64,000 bases of DNA from Acidimicrobiia bacterium (GCA_029210695.1 JARGFH010000013.1:1-64000); one strand, 5' to 3'; shown: positions 1 through 9,572, numbered from the stretch's first letter. Notes: generated by a model from the sequence alone, not told the origin. Numbers and translations: made by a program.

Positions 1-76
1 GATCAACAAACCAGAGGAGGACACGCCGACCCAATGAAACAATGAACCGTCTGTCTCAAAAAGCTTGACAAGTTCC
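1..76. mobile_element. Probable terminal end of an insertion sequence (IS256-like end) that interrupts the ISL3 transposase
   Basis: An ORF tail (…INKPEEDTPTQ*, stop 35-37) is followed by a sequence whose reverse complement begins GGAACTTGTCAAGCTTTTTGAGACA. The ISL3 protein stops being ISL3-like at exactly this point. Confidence 0.45.
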
Positions 77-892
77 GTTCTGCACCCTCCGCCGGCACTC
101 ATCCAGCTTCGAGTTCGCCAGGCGGATCAGGTGGAACGGGTCGGCGATCTGGGTTACATGATCCAGACTGTCTTCGAAGGTTTTGCGGTAGGGGCCGGAA
201 AGGTCCAACACCCCATAGCGGATCGCCGCACACCATTCCTCGGGTCGGTTCTCCAGCCATTCTGAAGCTGCGGCGGCATTGCGGCCTTCGACCACGTCTA
301 ACAGCCGGGCACCGCCTGGAGCGGCGACATCAACAACCGATGTGGCCCACTTCTTGGTCCGCCACCGGCCCTTACGGCTGAAGAGGGTCTCGTCGAGACC
401 CAAGGCGGTCACTTCACCGATCCGTTCCGGGTCGTCATCGACCAAAGCCTCGCCGTAGGCGATCACCGTGTCGTTGACGGTATGCCAGTCACAACCCAAC
501 TCGCGGGCCACCTCGGCCACGGTGCGGCCCAACCTGCCCACCTGGACGGTGACCCACCGTCCCGCCCGGTCGGTCATCGCCAGCCGGGGTGCAGCGATAC
601 GATGATCCTCCCCAGTCCACGACCCGACCCGACATGTCGGATCAGGACACCTGAAACGGTGTTTGCGCCACGCCAGCCGGGACTGACGGCCGAAAGCAGG
701 CAGATCAACCAGTTCCACCGTTGCCCGGTCCTTCACCACCGCCACCGTCCCACACTCCACACACGACGGCCGTGACATCCGGGATTCGACATAAACCCGG
801 ATCGGCCCACCAGCCAGATCGTCGACACCCAACACGGTCACGTCGGGCAGTCCCACCAGCAGCTCGCACACACGGATAGGGTTCGTTTCCAA
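56..892 (-). pseudogene. ISL3 family transposase, C-terminally truncated
   Basis: Zn-finger CVECG…CPDPTC, HTH 'VAEVARELGCDWHTV', 'LGLDE' DDE motif, 'LDLSGPYRK', 'IADPFHLIRLAN'. Ends shortly after RRRVQN, well short of a typical ISL3 transposase. Confidence 0.9.
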
Positions 893-939
893 GGGGCTCT
901 CCAGTCTGAAGGCGTAGTAACCATCAGATTGGCAGAGCC
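77..939 (-). mobile_element. ISL3 element remnant; left inverted repeat begins GGCTCTGCCAATC at 939
   Basis: A GGCTCT terminus typical of ISL3 lies about 47 bp upstream of the transposase start. Confidence 0.7.
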
Positions 940-961
940 CTCCTAATCAACCGGGAACCCC

Positions 962-987
962 TACACCCCGCTCAATTCCGAAGCGCC
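962..987. repeat. Second ISL3-like terminal inverted repeat (…CCCCGCTCAATTCCGAAGCGCC)
   Basis: Reverse complement GGCGCTTCGGAATTGAGCGGGG resembles ISL3 termini. Confidence 0.5.
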
Positions 988-1026
988 GCTTAACCGACCG
1001 ATTCCTGCCTCCGATACAATCCTGTA

Positions 1027-1842
1027 ATGCGTTTCACGTGGATGCTTCTTCTGGTGCCGGCGATTTTGATCGCCATCATCGGACCTGCGCACGCCATGCC
1101 GGAGATACACGGTGAGTACACAGCCGATGGTCCATGGCCGTTGCCGGGCCTGATCAACCCTGGTGATCACGGACCCTGGGTTGCCGAGCTTCAGATGAAG
1201 CTCAATGAGTCTGGTTTCCGGGCCGGTGATCCCGATGGCGAGTTCGGGCGCGAGACCCTGGCCGCGGTCTACGCGTTCCAGAAGGTCCACGATCTCGAGC
1301 GCGACGGTGTGTTTCGTCAGGATGATTGGAATTTGCTCGACGATCCGTTGACCATGCCCGGTGACGCTCCCGAGAGCACCCGGGTTGAGGTCGATCTGGA
1401 CCGACAGGTTCTCTACCTCATCGAAGACGACAGCGTGTCACTCGTGCTCCCGATCTCATCTGCCAACGGGAAGACTTATACCCATTCGTCCGGCAGCACC
1501 GTCCGGGCCGTCACTCCGGAAGGCGCCTACGCGTTCTACAAGAAAGTCGACGGTTGGAGAATCTCCTACCTCGGGGGGCTCTACCGTCCCTTCTACTTCT
1601 CGGGTGGGTACGCGATTCACGGTTCGGGGAGCGTACCCCCGTACCCGGCGTCGCACGGCTGCATCCGGGTCGAGATGTGGGACATGGACTATCTGGCGGC
1701 CGAGCTCGAACTCGGTATGCCTGTCTACGTATACGGCGCTCGCAACGACCGCTCGAGCATCGTGCCGACACCGCCTTTGTCGGTTGGGCGAATCGTTGAG
1801 CAACGCCTCTCGAATGCGCTGAACGTGTTGATGCCGATCTGA
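1027..1842 (+). CDS. L,D-transpeptidase family protein with peptidoglycan-binding domain
   Basis: Signal peptide; PG_binding_1 motif 'DGEFGRETLAAVYAFQK'; YkuD motif 'AIHG…SHGCIR'. Confidence 0.9.
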   Translation: MRFTWMLLLVPAILIAIIGPAHAMPEIHGEYTADGPWPLPGLINPGDHGPWVAELQMKLNESGFRAGDPDGEFGRETLAAVYAFQKVHDLERDGVFRQDDWNLLDDPLTMPGDAPESTRVEVDLDRQVLYLIEDDSVSLVLPISSANGKTYTHSSGSTVRAVTPEGAYAFYKKVDGWRISYLGGLYRPFYFSGGYAIHGSGSVPPYPASHGCIRVEMWDMDYLAAELELGMPVYVYGARNDRSSIVPTPPLSVGRIVEQRLSNALNVLMPI

Positions 1843-1859
1843 ACAGAGGTAGGGAGTGT

Positions 1860-2783
1860 TCAGCCCGATCGACCGGCGAGCCACTTCCGAATCCCAACCG
1901 CTTGCATGGGCCAGAACGTCGCTCGATCGTAGGTTCTGATCTCTTCTTCCGAGTATCCCTCAGATCGGTAACCGTTCAACGTCCACTCGCGCAGCAGCTT
2001 CGTGGCTTGCTCATCGTCGTGATCGCCGATTCCTTCCACGAATCGGACCCACTCCCAGAGCTTTGCTTCCGACTCGTCGAGCGCCTTTCCGACCTCGTAG
2101 GTGGGACCGAAGTGGGCAAAACCGAGGAAGGCCGGTTCGATCGCTCGCATACGGTGCATCTGTTCGGTCGCCACCACGGGATCGAAGTCGGGTGGGGGAG
2201 TGACCGGTTGCACCGCGTGCCCATGTGGATAGCACAGCCCGAGCGAGTCCCCTACGAACATCCCTCCAGAGGTTTCCTCGTAGTAGGTGATGTGGTGCTT
2301 TGCGTGACCGGGGGTATACAGCGCGTCGAGGAAACGGCCCCCGCCGAGCGGTACCCGGTCTCCATCGTCGAGTATCAGCAGGCGATCCTCGTCTATCGGA
2401 ACCATCGGTCCCCAATTTCTGCTCAGCCACTCCTCACCAAAGACCTGGACTGCTGAAGACCAAAGACGGTCCGGCGTAGCGAGATGGCGAGCACCTCTCG
2501 AGTGAACACCGATTCGAGCGTTTGGGTAGGCCCGGGCGATCTGACCCGCCCCGCCTGCATGGTCGATGTGAATGTGCGTCACCACGATCGTGGCAAGGTC
2601 ATCGATACCCAACTCGTCGAGTGCCGCCGTCAAGTGGTGAAGAGTGGCCGATGGGCCGACCTCGACGAGAACACGCTCAGGGGTGTCGAAGAGATAACAA
2701 GCAAGGCGTTGTGGATGCTCTTCCATCCATGCGTCGATCGCGTAGAGGTCGTCGGTGAGCCGTTCGATGGAGTATTCGATCAT
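1860..2783 (-). CDS. MBL-fold metallo-hydrolase
   Basis: THIHIDHAGG motif, TPGHAKHH, FVGD, FAHFG. Confidence 0.9.
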   Translation of the reverse strand: MIEYSIERLTDDLYAIDAWMEEHPQRLACYLFDTPERVLVEVGPSATLHHLTAALDELGIDDLATIVVTHIHIDHAGGAGQIARAYPNARIGVHSRGARHLATPDRLWSSAVQVFGEEWLSRNWGPMVPIDEDRLLILDDGDRVPLGGGRFLDALYTPGHAKHHITYYEETSGGMFVGDSLGLCYPHGHAVQPVTPPPDFDPVVATEQMHRMRAIEPAFLGFAHFGPTYEVGKALDESEAKLWEWVRFVEGIGDHDDEQATKLLREWTLNGYRSEGYSEEEIRTYDRATFWPMQAVGIRKWLAGRSG

Positions 2784-2868
2784 CCCGCGACCCTACCCGG
2801 ACCAATTCTGTCACGCGCACCTCATACGGTGCGAAGTGTCTCCCCGCGTTCCCCGGAAAGGCACAACC

Positions 2869-3204
2869 ATGGATCTCAACCTCGTCGTACTCGGGGGACG
2901 TCTGGCCGCACCCCCGGAGCTCCGGGTATTCGAATCTGGAGTTCGGCTAGTTCGATATCTGGTTACGGTAAAGAGCGATGAACCGCGCCGGCGTGTCGAT
3001 GTGCTGCCGGTGACCGTCTGGGATCCGGAAGATGAGATAGTGGCGCAGGATCCACAGCCCGGTCATCGACTCTGGCTGGCGGGTAGCGCCCAACGACGCT
3101 TCTGGGACGGAGACGCCGGTCGGCGGAGCCGGATCGAGATCGTCGCCGGGAACGTGACCTTTCGAGACCCCGAAAGCTTGCTTCCGGATCCGATCGAAAA
3201 ATGA
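2869..3204 (+). CDS. ssb: Short single-stranded DNA-binding protein (SsbB-like)
   Basis: OB fold 'MDLNLVVLGGRLAAPPELRVFESG…RRSRIEIVA'; start moved to the ATG at 2869. Confidence 0.85.
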   Translation: MDLNLVVLGGRLAAPPELRVFESGVRLVRYLVTVKSDEPRRRVDVLPVTVWDPEDEIVAQDPQPGHRLWLAGSAQRRFWDGDAGRRSRIEIVAGNVTFRDPESLLPDPIEK

Positions 3205-3259
3205 GAGGACTTGACTGGCGATCGGCGGTGCCACTACGACCGGCTACTCTGCCGCCACG

Positions 3260-4786
3260 ATGTCTCGAATTGTCGTCGCCGCCGCATCGCAATTGGCCGC
3301 CGACATCGGCGGCCTGGTCGCCGAAGCCGGCGGAAATGCGGTCGACGCAGCCATCGCCTCCACCCTGGTTGCCATGATCACAGAGCCGGGTGTGTGTGCC
3401 CTGGGTGGTGGCGGATTTGTGACCGTGTGGTCCCGGGAGTCCGATCCGGTGACGTTTGATGGCTACATGGAAATGCCCGGCCGTCGGCTGCCCCCCGACC
3501 GGCTCGGTGGTGGCGGGTTTGATGTGACGATGGAGTACGGCGGGGGTGTGACGACGACGGTCGGACATGGTTCGGTTGCGACGCCCGGCGCGCTGGCGGC
3601 ATTTGCGATGGCCTCGCAACGCTTCGGGGTGCTCCCTTGGCGGGAGATCCTTGGTCCGGTCATCGAGGTGGTGCGGAGAGGATTCCCGCTCTCGCAGGCT
3701 TCACGCCTATACCTGGAGTTCTCCGGTGACTCCGTATTCGGATGGGATCCGGGCAGTCGTGCCGCGCTATTCCGCCGCGGGGAGCTCCTCGGAGACGGCG
3801 ATTTGATCCTGATTCCCGAACTCGCCGACAGCCTGGACTCAATCGCAGAAGATGGCGTCTCGGCCTTCTACGAGGGTGACATCGCCAGACTCATAAGCGA
3901 CGATATCGTTGAGCACGGCGGAATCCTGACCAGGGGGGACCTGGCGGCCTACCGGGCTATCGAGCGCCCGGCCCTGCAATCGGAACTCGACGACTGGGAA
4001 GTCGCGACGAACCCGGCTCCCGCCATCGGCGGCGCCTCGCTGGCTGCGATGCTCTTTTTGCTCGAGGGATCAGGGTTTCCCGGATGGAACCTCGAAGGCA
4101 TGCACCATCTCGTCCGCACCCAGCAAGCTGTGCTCGGGTACCGGCGAGAGTTCCTCGACGCCTCCGTTGATCGCCTACCAGCCATCCAGCGTCTGCTCGA
4201 TCTCTCCCATACGGGGGACTGGCGCCGGTTGTTGACATCACCTTCGACCGTTCATACTTCTGCAGTCGACGCAGGCGGGAGCGCCTGTTCAGTGACGATG
4301 TCGGCAGGATACGGATCGGGCGTGATGCCACCGGGCACAGGGATCTGGATGAACAACTCACTCGGTGAGTTGGAGTTGAACCGGCTCGGGTTTCATGCCC
4401 TTGCCCCCGGGGATCGGCTCGTGTCGAATATGGCTCCCACCGTGGCCCGCCGTGGGGACGGCGCGGTCCTCGCGATCGGCTCTCCCGGTGCCGATAGGAT
4501 CACCACCGCCATCCTGTCCACGCTTCTCAACCTGATCCACCTGGGGATGGACCTGGAAGCGGCCGTGCAACATCCCAGACTCCACGTCGAGTACACCGAC
4601 GACGGTGGCCGGATAGCCTACGAGCCCGGCCTCGATGTTGCCCGACTGGGTCTGATCAGCCGACCCTTCGATACGACCGACATGTTCTTCGGCGGTGTCG
4701 GCGCCGCGCTCTTCGAACCCGGCCAGGATCTCGTTGCCGCCGCGGATCATCGTCGGACGGGCGGTGTCGCCTTTGGCGGGTCATAG
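3260..4786 (+). CDS. ggt: Gamma-glutamyltransferase family protein
   Basis: GGNAVDAAIA, nucleophile region STVHTSAVD, GIWMNNSLGE, SNMAPT, GSPGADRI. Confidence 0.9.
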   Translation: MSRIVVAAASQLAADIGGLVAEAGGNAVDAAIASTLVAMITEPGVCALGGGGFVTVWSRESDPVTFDGYMEMPGRRLPPDRLGGGGFDVTMEYGGGVTTTVGHGSVATPGALAAFAMASQRFGVLPWREILGPVIEVVRRGFPLSQASRLYLEFSGDSVFGWDPGSRAALFRRGELLGDGDLILIPELADSLDSIAEDGVSAFYEGDIARLISDDIVEHGGILTRGDLAAYRAIERPALQSELDDWEVATNPAPAIGGASLAAMLFLLEGSGFPGWNLEGMHHLVRTQQAVLGYRREFLDASVDRLPAIQRLLDLSHTGDWRRLLTSPSTVHTSAVDAGGSACSVTMSAGYGSGVMPPGTGIWMNNSLGELELNRLGFHALAPGDRLVSNMAPTVARRGDGAVLAIGSPGADRITTAILSTLLNLIHLGMDLEAAVQHPRLHVEYTDDGGRIAYEPGLDVARLGLISRPFDTTDMFFGGVGAALFEPGQDLVAAADHRRTGGVAFGGS

Positions 4787-4790
4787 CGAC

Positions 4791-5555
4791 ATGTATGCAT
4801 TCCTGCGGCGGCCGTCCTGGCTCATGCTGCACGTGGTAGTCCTCGCCATCATCGTGGCGTTCCTGCTTCTCGGCAGATGGCAGTTGGAACGTCTCGACCA
4901 ACGCAGAGCCGAGAATGCAGTGATCGCCGCTCATCTTGCGGCATCACCGGTCGAATGGTCGAAGACTTCCTCTGGACGGCCGCCCGAGTACTCGAGGTTG
5001 CTCATCGCGGGAGCGTTCGCGCCCGACGAAGAGGTCCTCCTGCGCAGTCAGGTCAACCAGGGACAACCGGGGTTCGACGTGCTGACACCGCTCTATGTGG
5101 ACGAGATCGCAGCCGTCGTCGTCAACCGAGGATGGGTACCACTCGAGTTCGATGCCCCGCCGGTCGCCCAGGCTCTGCCACCGGCCGACGTCGTGACCGT
5201 TGAGGGAATCGTTCGCTACCCCCTGACCGGATCGAACCTTGCCACCACGGCCGGCGCCGTCGGGAAGCTGGACATCGTGGCCAGGGTTGACCTGGAACGG
5301 TTGGACGGGCAGATCGGTGGAGATCTGGCCACGTTCTACGTCGAACTCACCAGCCTCTCTCCGCCCGGCACATCGCAACCGATTCCTGCGGGAATCCCTG
5401 AAGTGAGTGAGGGGTCCCATCTGTCGTACGCGGTCCAATGGTTCTCATTCGCGCTCGTCAGTACGATTGGATATGCCGCCTTGATTCGCTCAACCGCCCG
5501 ACGGCGCGCCGGGCTCAGGCGTCGTGCAGGATCTCCGCCGCTTGCTCCATCGTGA
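4791..5555 (+). CDS. SURF1 family cytochrome oxidase biogenesis protein
   Basis: LGRWQLER, VVVNRGWVP, HLSYAVQWFSFA. Confidence 0.9.
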   Translation: MYAFLRRPSWLMLHVVVLAIIVAFLLLGRWQLERLDQRRAENAVIAAHLAASPVEWSKTSSGRPPEYSRLLIAGAFAPDEEVLLRSQVNQGQPGFDVLTPLYVDEIAAVVVNRGWVPLEFDAPPVAQALPPADVVTVEGIVRYPLTGSNLATTAGAVGKLDIVARVDLERLDGQIGGDLATFYVELTSLSPPGTSQPIPAGIPEVSEGSHLSYAVQWFSFALVSTIGYAALIRSTARRRAGLRRRAGSPPLAPS

Positions 5556-6252
5556 ACCGGCCGGCTGTGACTTCCCGGCCGACCACAACTCCACCCAGGC
5601 GCTTGCCGTCCATCTCGAGCTCATAGAGGGCCTCGAGGTCGTGAAGATCCCGGCCGCCGCCGGCCGCGATGATCGGCTCATCAACGATGGCAAGTGCTCG
5701 CCTGAGAATGCCGAAGTTCGGTGGTTCTTCGAGAGCATCCCGTCCAGCTTCGGAGACGAGGAAGGCGGCCGCGCCGGCCGAAGATAGCTCGATCAAGACT
5801 TCCTCGAGAAACCTCCCTGAGTGTGCCGTCCAGCCCCTCACGACGAGTTCCTCATCAGGTAGGACGTCGAGGCTGACCGCGACTTTGCCCGGGTAGCTGC
5901 GGAACAGATCCCAGGCCATTACCTGCTCTTCAATGGCGGCGGTACCCATGACCACCCGCCAGGCGCCGGCATCGATCAGCTGGGACGCCTCCTGCGGAGA
6001 ACGCACACCACCGGCGACCTGCACCGGGATGTCGAGCGCTTCGATTATTCGGTGGATGAGCGGCCGGTTGCGATAGTCGCCGTACGCGGCTGCGTTGAGA
6101 TCAACGACATGGATGCGGGCCGCACCCTTTTCCACCCAGCCGACGGCGCGGGCGAGTGGATCGGCATCGAGGGCAATCGCCTCATGCACATCTCCATGAG
6201 GAAGGCGAACGGCTCGGCCGTCGAGGATATTGACGCGTGCGTAGAGATCCAT
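5515..6252 (-). CDS. HisA/HisF-related TIM-barrel protein (divergent HisA paralogue)
   Basis: DGRAVRL, IHVVDLNAA, VQVAGGVRS, RVVMGTAA, IIAAGG. Confidence 0.8.
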   Translation of the reverse strand: MDLYARVNILDGRAVRLPHGDVHEAIALDADPLARAVGWVEKGAARIHVVDLNAAAYGDYRNRPLIHRIIEALDIPVQVAGGVRSPQEASQLIDAGAWRVVMGTAAIEEQVMAWDLFRSYPGKVAVSLDVLPDEELVVRGWTAHSGRFLEEVLIELSSAGAAAFLVSEAGRDALEEPPNFGILRRALAIVDEPIIAAGGGRDLHDLEALYELEMDGKRLGGVVVGREVTAGRFTMEQAAEILHDA

Positions 6253-6412
6253 GACCTCAGCCTACCGGCTGAACGGGCGGCGAGATCCGGGACGGGTCGT
6301 ATTTCGGGCGCGGCAGGTGACTAGACAGGCGGGGTGTAGCAAGGATGATGCTCGGGTTTACGGCCTTCCGTGCCGAAACCTGGAGAAGGCACAACCACAA
6401 GGGGCAGCAGAC

Positions 6413-6604
6413 ATGAAGAAGCACAGAAATCAGCATGAGCACCTCTACCGGGTGCACGGTGTCGGAGCCGGGCTCCAGCGGGCCGTGTGCACTGAATGCA
6501 ACCACATCAGCATCCGAGTAATCGAGGATGGTGGCGTACGGGCCATCATCAACCGACCAGAGCCGAAGATCCCACAGAGTCTCGCAGGAGCAGCCGCCTC
6601 CTAA
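6413..6604 (+). CDS. Small hypothetical protein (63 aa) with His/Cys cluster
   Basis: ATG preceded by AAGGGG; HEH…CTECNH motif. Confidence 0.55.
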   Translation: MKKHRNQHEHLYRVHGVGAGLQRAVCTECNHISIRVIEDGGVRAIINRPEPKIPQSLAGAAAS

Positions 6605-6664
6605 GCAGGAGCAGCCGCCTCCTAGGCAGGAGCAGCCGCCTCCTAGGCAGGAGCAGCCGCCTCC
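6584..6664 (+). repeat. Tandem repeat, 21-bp unit GCAGGAGCAGCCGCCTCCTA(A/G), about 3.9 copies
   Basis: Units start at 6584, 6605, 6626 and 6647, with no spacers. Confidence 0.95.
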
Positions 6665-6724
6665 CGACAGACCCCCTTGGTACCTGCCCGAGCCGACGAC
6701 TCCATGTCGACTGCCTGGAAATAG

Positions 6725-6752
6725 ATCGGCCCCGTCCAACGACGGGGCCGAT
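6725..6752. terminator. Hairpin between convergent genes (ATCGGCCCCGTC-caac-GACGGGGCCGAT)
   Basis: Perfect 12-bp stem. Confidence 0.65.
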
Positions 6753-6773
6753 GTGTGTGAGCGATGGGAGAGG

Positions 6774-7160
6774 CTAGGCCGTCGCCTCGGCATCCACCTC
6801 CGCGGACTGTTCGGCGATGGATCGGTGTACCTCTTCCATGTCCACAGAAGTCACCTGGGTGATCAGGTCATCGAAGGCGGGTGCCGGCAGTGCGCCCGGC
6901 TGTGAGAAGAGGACGACCTTCTCGCGGAAGACCATGAGCGTAGGAATGGATCGGATCTGGAAGTAGCCTGCAAGTTCCTGCTGAGCTTCGGTATCGACCT
7001 TGCCGAACACGATATTCTCATGTTTCTCGGAAGCGGCCTCGAACGTGGGTGCGAACATCCGACACGGACCACACCATTCGGCCCAGAAGTCGACAAACAC
7101 GACGTCGTTATTGAGGATCGTTTCCTCAAAGTTCTCTTTGGTCAGCTCAACAGTTGCCAT
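6774..7160 (-). CDS. trxA: Thioredoxin
   Basis: DFWAEWCGPC active site; start MATVELTKENF. Confidence 0.95.
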   Translation of the reverse strand: MATVELTKENFEETILNNDVVFVDFWAEWCGPCRMFAPTFEAASEKHENIVFGKVDTEAQQELAGYFQIRSIPTLMVFREKVVLFSQPGALPAPAFDDLITQVTSVDMEEVHRSIAEQSAEVDAEATA

Positions 7161-7197
7161 TGGTTCTCCATTGTCGATAGCAGGGGACCGTTCGTCC

Positions 7198-7215
7198 GAT
7201 ACCCCCAGGGGTATC
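7198..7215. promoter_or_regulatory. CsoR/RicR/CstR-type operator GATACCCC-ca-GGGGTATC
   Basis: Perfect inverted repeat with C/G tracts in the divergent trxA/SCO intergenic region. Confidence 0.7.
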
Positions 7216-7379
7216 CTAGTGCACGTGTCGATCGTAACCAACACCCGTATCGCGAGGAACATTCCCGTGGTGAAGGTTCGAGTTCTCGTGTCCGCCGTGT
7301 CCCCACTTTCTCCTGAACGGTCTGGGGATTACGCCTACCTGGTAGCGTGCCGACCTCAGGACGCGGAGTCCGTTCCCTA

Positions 7380-7994
7380 ATGAGTTCCTTCCCTCGCTCT
7401 CTTGTCATCTTTGCCCTCGTGCTGGGGACGGTTCTTGGCGCCTGCGAAGGCGCCGTCATTCCGGCGGTGGGACAACTGGAGGGTGTAGTCCTACAGACGC
7501 CGACCCCCAAAGCAGCCTTCAGCCTCACCGATACCAGCGGCCGCCTCTACGATTTCTCTCTCGAGACCGATGGCCGGTTGACCTTCCTCTATTTCGGCTA
7601 TTCGAACTGCCCGGACATCTGCCCTGTGCATCTCGCCCAGTTGGCAGAGGTGTTCGATCAACTCCCGGACGTACGTCGAAACTCGACGGTTGTATTCGTG
7701 ACCGTCGATCCGGAGCGAGATACTCCGGAAGCGATCCGCGCGTTCCTCGATGCTTTCAGTTCCGACTTCGTGGGGCTGACCGGCTCTCCGGAAGAACTCG
7801 AAGCCGCGCAGAGGGCTGCGGGAGTTCCTCCGGCGGTGAAGGAGGGCGATGGGGAGAAGTACACGATGGGCCATGCCGGGCAGGTGCTGGTCTATACCCC
7901 GGATGGCTTCGGCTACAGCGTCTACCCGTTCGGAACGAGGCAAAGCGATTGGATCCATGACCTGCCGATATTGCTGGAGCGGTTGGAGTCGTGA
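7380..7994 (+). CDS. SCO family copper protein (lipoprotein)
   Basis: YFGYSNCPDICP, FVTVDPERDT, conserved His in YTMGH. Confidence 0.93.
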   Translation: MSSFPRSLVIFALVLGTVLGACEGAVIPAVGQLEGVVLQTPTPKAAFSLTDTSGRLYDFSLETDGRLTFLYFGYSNCPDICPVHLAQLAEVFDQLPDVRRNSTVVFVTVDPERDTPEAIRAFLDAFSSDFVGLTGSPEELEAAQRAAGVPPAVKEGDGEKYTMGHAGQVLVYTPDGFGYSVYPFGTRQSDWIHDLPILLERLES

Positions 7995-8416
7995 GGCGAA
8001 TCGCTTTGGGACTCGTCGTCGCCGCAATGGTGGTCGCATGTACATCATCGGCCGGAATCCAGGTCCGCAATGCGGTGATCGCAGAGCCGGCAGGTGCCAA
8101 CACTGCCCTCTACTTCGAGATCGAGAACACTCGGAATCAGTCCGATCACCTCATCGGAGCCCGCACCGAAGTTGCCACGGCCGAAGTACACCGAAGCTTT
8201 TCCGGGAATGGGCAGATGCATATGGAGCACGTCACGGCCGTGGAGATCGCTGGGGGAGAAGCGGTTGTCTTCGAGCCGGGAGGGCTGCATGTCATGCTCC
8301 TGGATGTCGATCGATTGAAGCCCGAGCAGGTAGTCATATTCGTTCTTGAATTCGAGATTGCCGGTGATGTAGAAGTGGAAGCGACGGTCAAGCCCTACGC
8401 AGCGATCGCACCGTGA
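7991..8416 (+). CDS. Copper chaperone PCu(A)C
   Basis: EVH…QMHM…FEPGGLHVML motif; lipobox. Confidence 0.9.
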   Translation: MRRIALGLVVAAMVVACTSSAGIQVRNAVIAEPAGANTALYFEIENTRNQSDHLIGARTEVATAEVHRSFSGNGQMHMEHVTAVEIAGGEAVVFEPGGLHVMLLDVDRLKPEQVVIFVLEFEIAGDVEVEATVKPYAAIAP

Positions 8417-8766
8417 AGCGGGTCACGGCTCTGCTGTCGGCGGTTGCGATAGGCCTAGCCGGTTGCGCGCAGAGCGCCGACTGGTCGGAGGACACCGTAC
8501 GCGGCGAAGCTCTGGTACGGGAGCTTGGCTGTCTGGCATGCCACGGACAGGAGGACGGCGTCGGTCCGGCCTGGACCGGAGCCTGGGGAACATCGCGGAG
8601 ACTCGCCGATGGATCTACCGTGGTGTTTGATGGAGCGTACATTCGCAGTTCAGTGCTGGAGCCGGCGGCTCAGGTGGTGATGGGTTTTGACCCGGTCATG
8701 CCCTCGTTCTCATTGACAGAGGACGATCTCGCCGCGATCGTGGCATACCTGGAGGAGTCCACATGA
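8413..8766 (+). CDS. c-type cytochrome lipoprotein
   Basis: CLACH heme motif, GPAW, distal Met in PVMP. Confidence 0.88.
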   Translation: MKRVTALLSAVAIGLAGCAQSADWSEDTVRGEALVRELGCLACHGQEDGVGPAWTGAWGTSRRLADGSTVVFDGAYIRSSVLEPAAQVVMGFDPVMPSFSLTEDDLAAIVAYLEEST

Positions 8767-9572
8767 ACATCTCGTGGTGGTGCACGGCGCTATCCGAACC
8801 GTGGTCGTGGACCTTCCGCGCCTACCCGGGGGTCTGGCTCGTGGTTGCCGCGCTCGCCGGTGGATATGCATTGGCGATTCGCAGTAACCGCCGGCTCGAA
8901 GGACATTCTCTGCGTGAGACCGGGTTCTTCGTGGCCGGGCTACTCGTGTTCTGGGTCGCGTCCGACTGGCCGCTCGGGACGCTCGGGGCCGGGTATCTCG
9001 CCAGTGCTCACATGTTGCAGTACGTTTTGTACGTTCTGGTGGCCGCGCCGCTGCTCTGGTTGGGAACGCCGGAATGGCTCGCCCGCCGGATTCTGGCGGC
9101 CACCGGCATCTATCGGGCCGGACGATCTTTGCGACGGTTCCCGTTGTTGATGGGTGCAGTATTCAACGTGACCCTGATACTGACCCACACGCCCATCGCC
9201 GTGGATAGCTTGCGGCCGACGCAGTTCGGTTCCTTCGCGATGGATGCGCTCTGGTTGTTGTCCGGCCTCGCACTCTGGGCGCCTATCGTCGGCTCGATTG
9301 CCGAGTTCACTCAGCGGTCGTATCCGGCGCGGATGTTGTATCTGTTCTTCACGACGGGCGTCGTCACGATTCTTCCCGCCAGCTTCCTGACGTTTGCGAG
9401 CCTTCCGCTCTATCGAACCTACGAGCTTGCTCCCCGGGTATTCGGGCTGACTGCCATCAATGATCAGCAGATCGCCGGCCTCATCATGAAACTGAGCGCG
9501 GTTCCGATCATCTGGCCGGTTCTGGCGGGAATGATGTATCGCTGGGCGACATCAGAGCGGGCTTCCGTATAG
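8763..9572 (+). CDS. ctaG: Cytochrome c oxidase assembly protein (caa3 CtaG family)
   Basis: Multi-TM protein; SAHMLQY, DQQIAGLIMK. Confidence 0.85.
   Translation: MNISWWCTALSEPWSWTFRAYPGVWLVVAALAGGYALAIRSNRRLEGHSLRETGFFVAGLLVFWVASDWPLGTLGAGYLASAHMLQYVLYVLVAAPLLWLGTPEWLARRILAATGIYRAGRSLRRFPLLMGAVFNVTLILTHTPIAVDSLRPTQFGSFAMDALWLLSGLALWAPIVGSIAEFTQRSYPARMLYLFFTTGVVTILPASFLTFASLPLYRTYELAPRVFGLTAINDQQIAGLIMKLSAVPIIWPVLAGMMYRWATSERASV

Noticed and set aside
6584..6664. Possible CRISPR array
   Set aside because: The units are contiguous with no spacers, and there are no cas genes.
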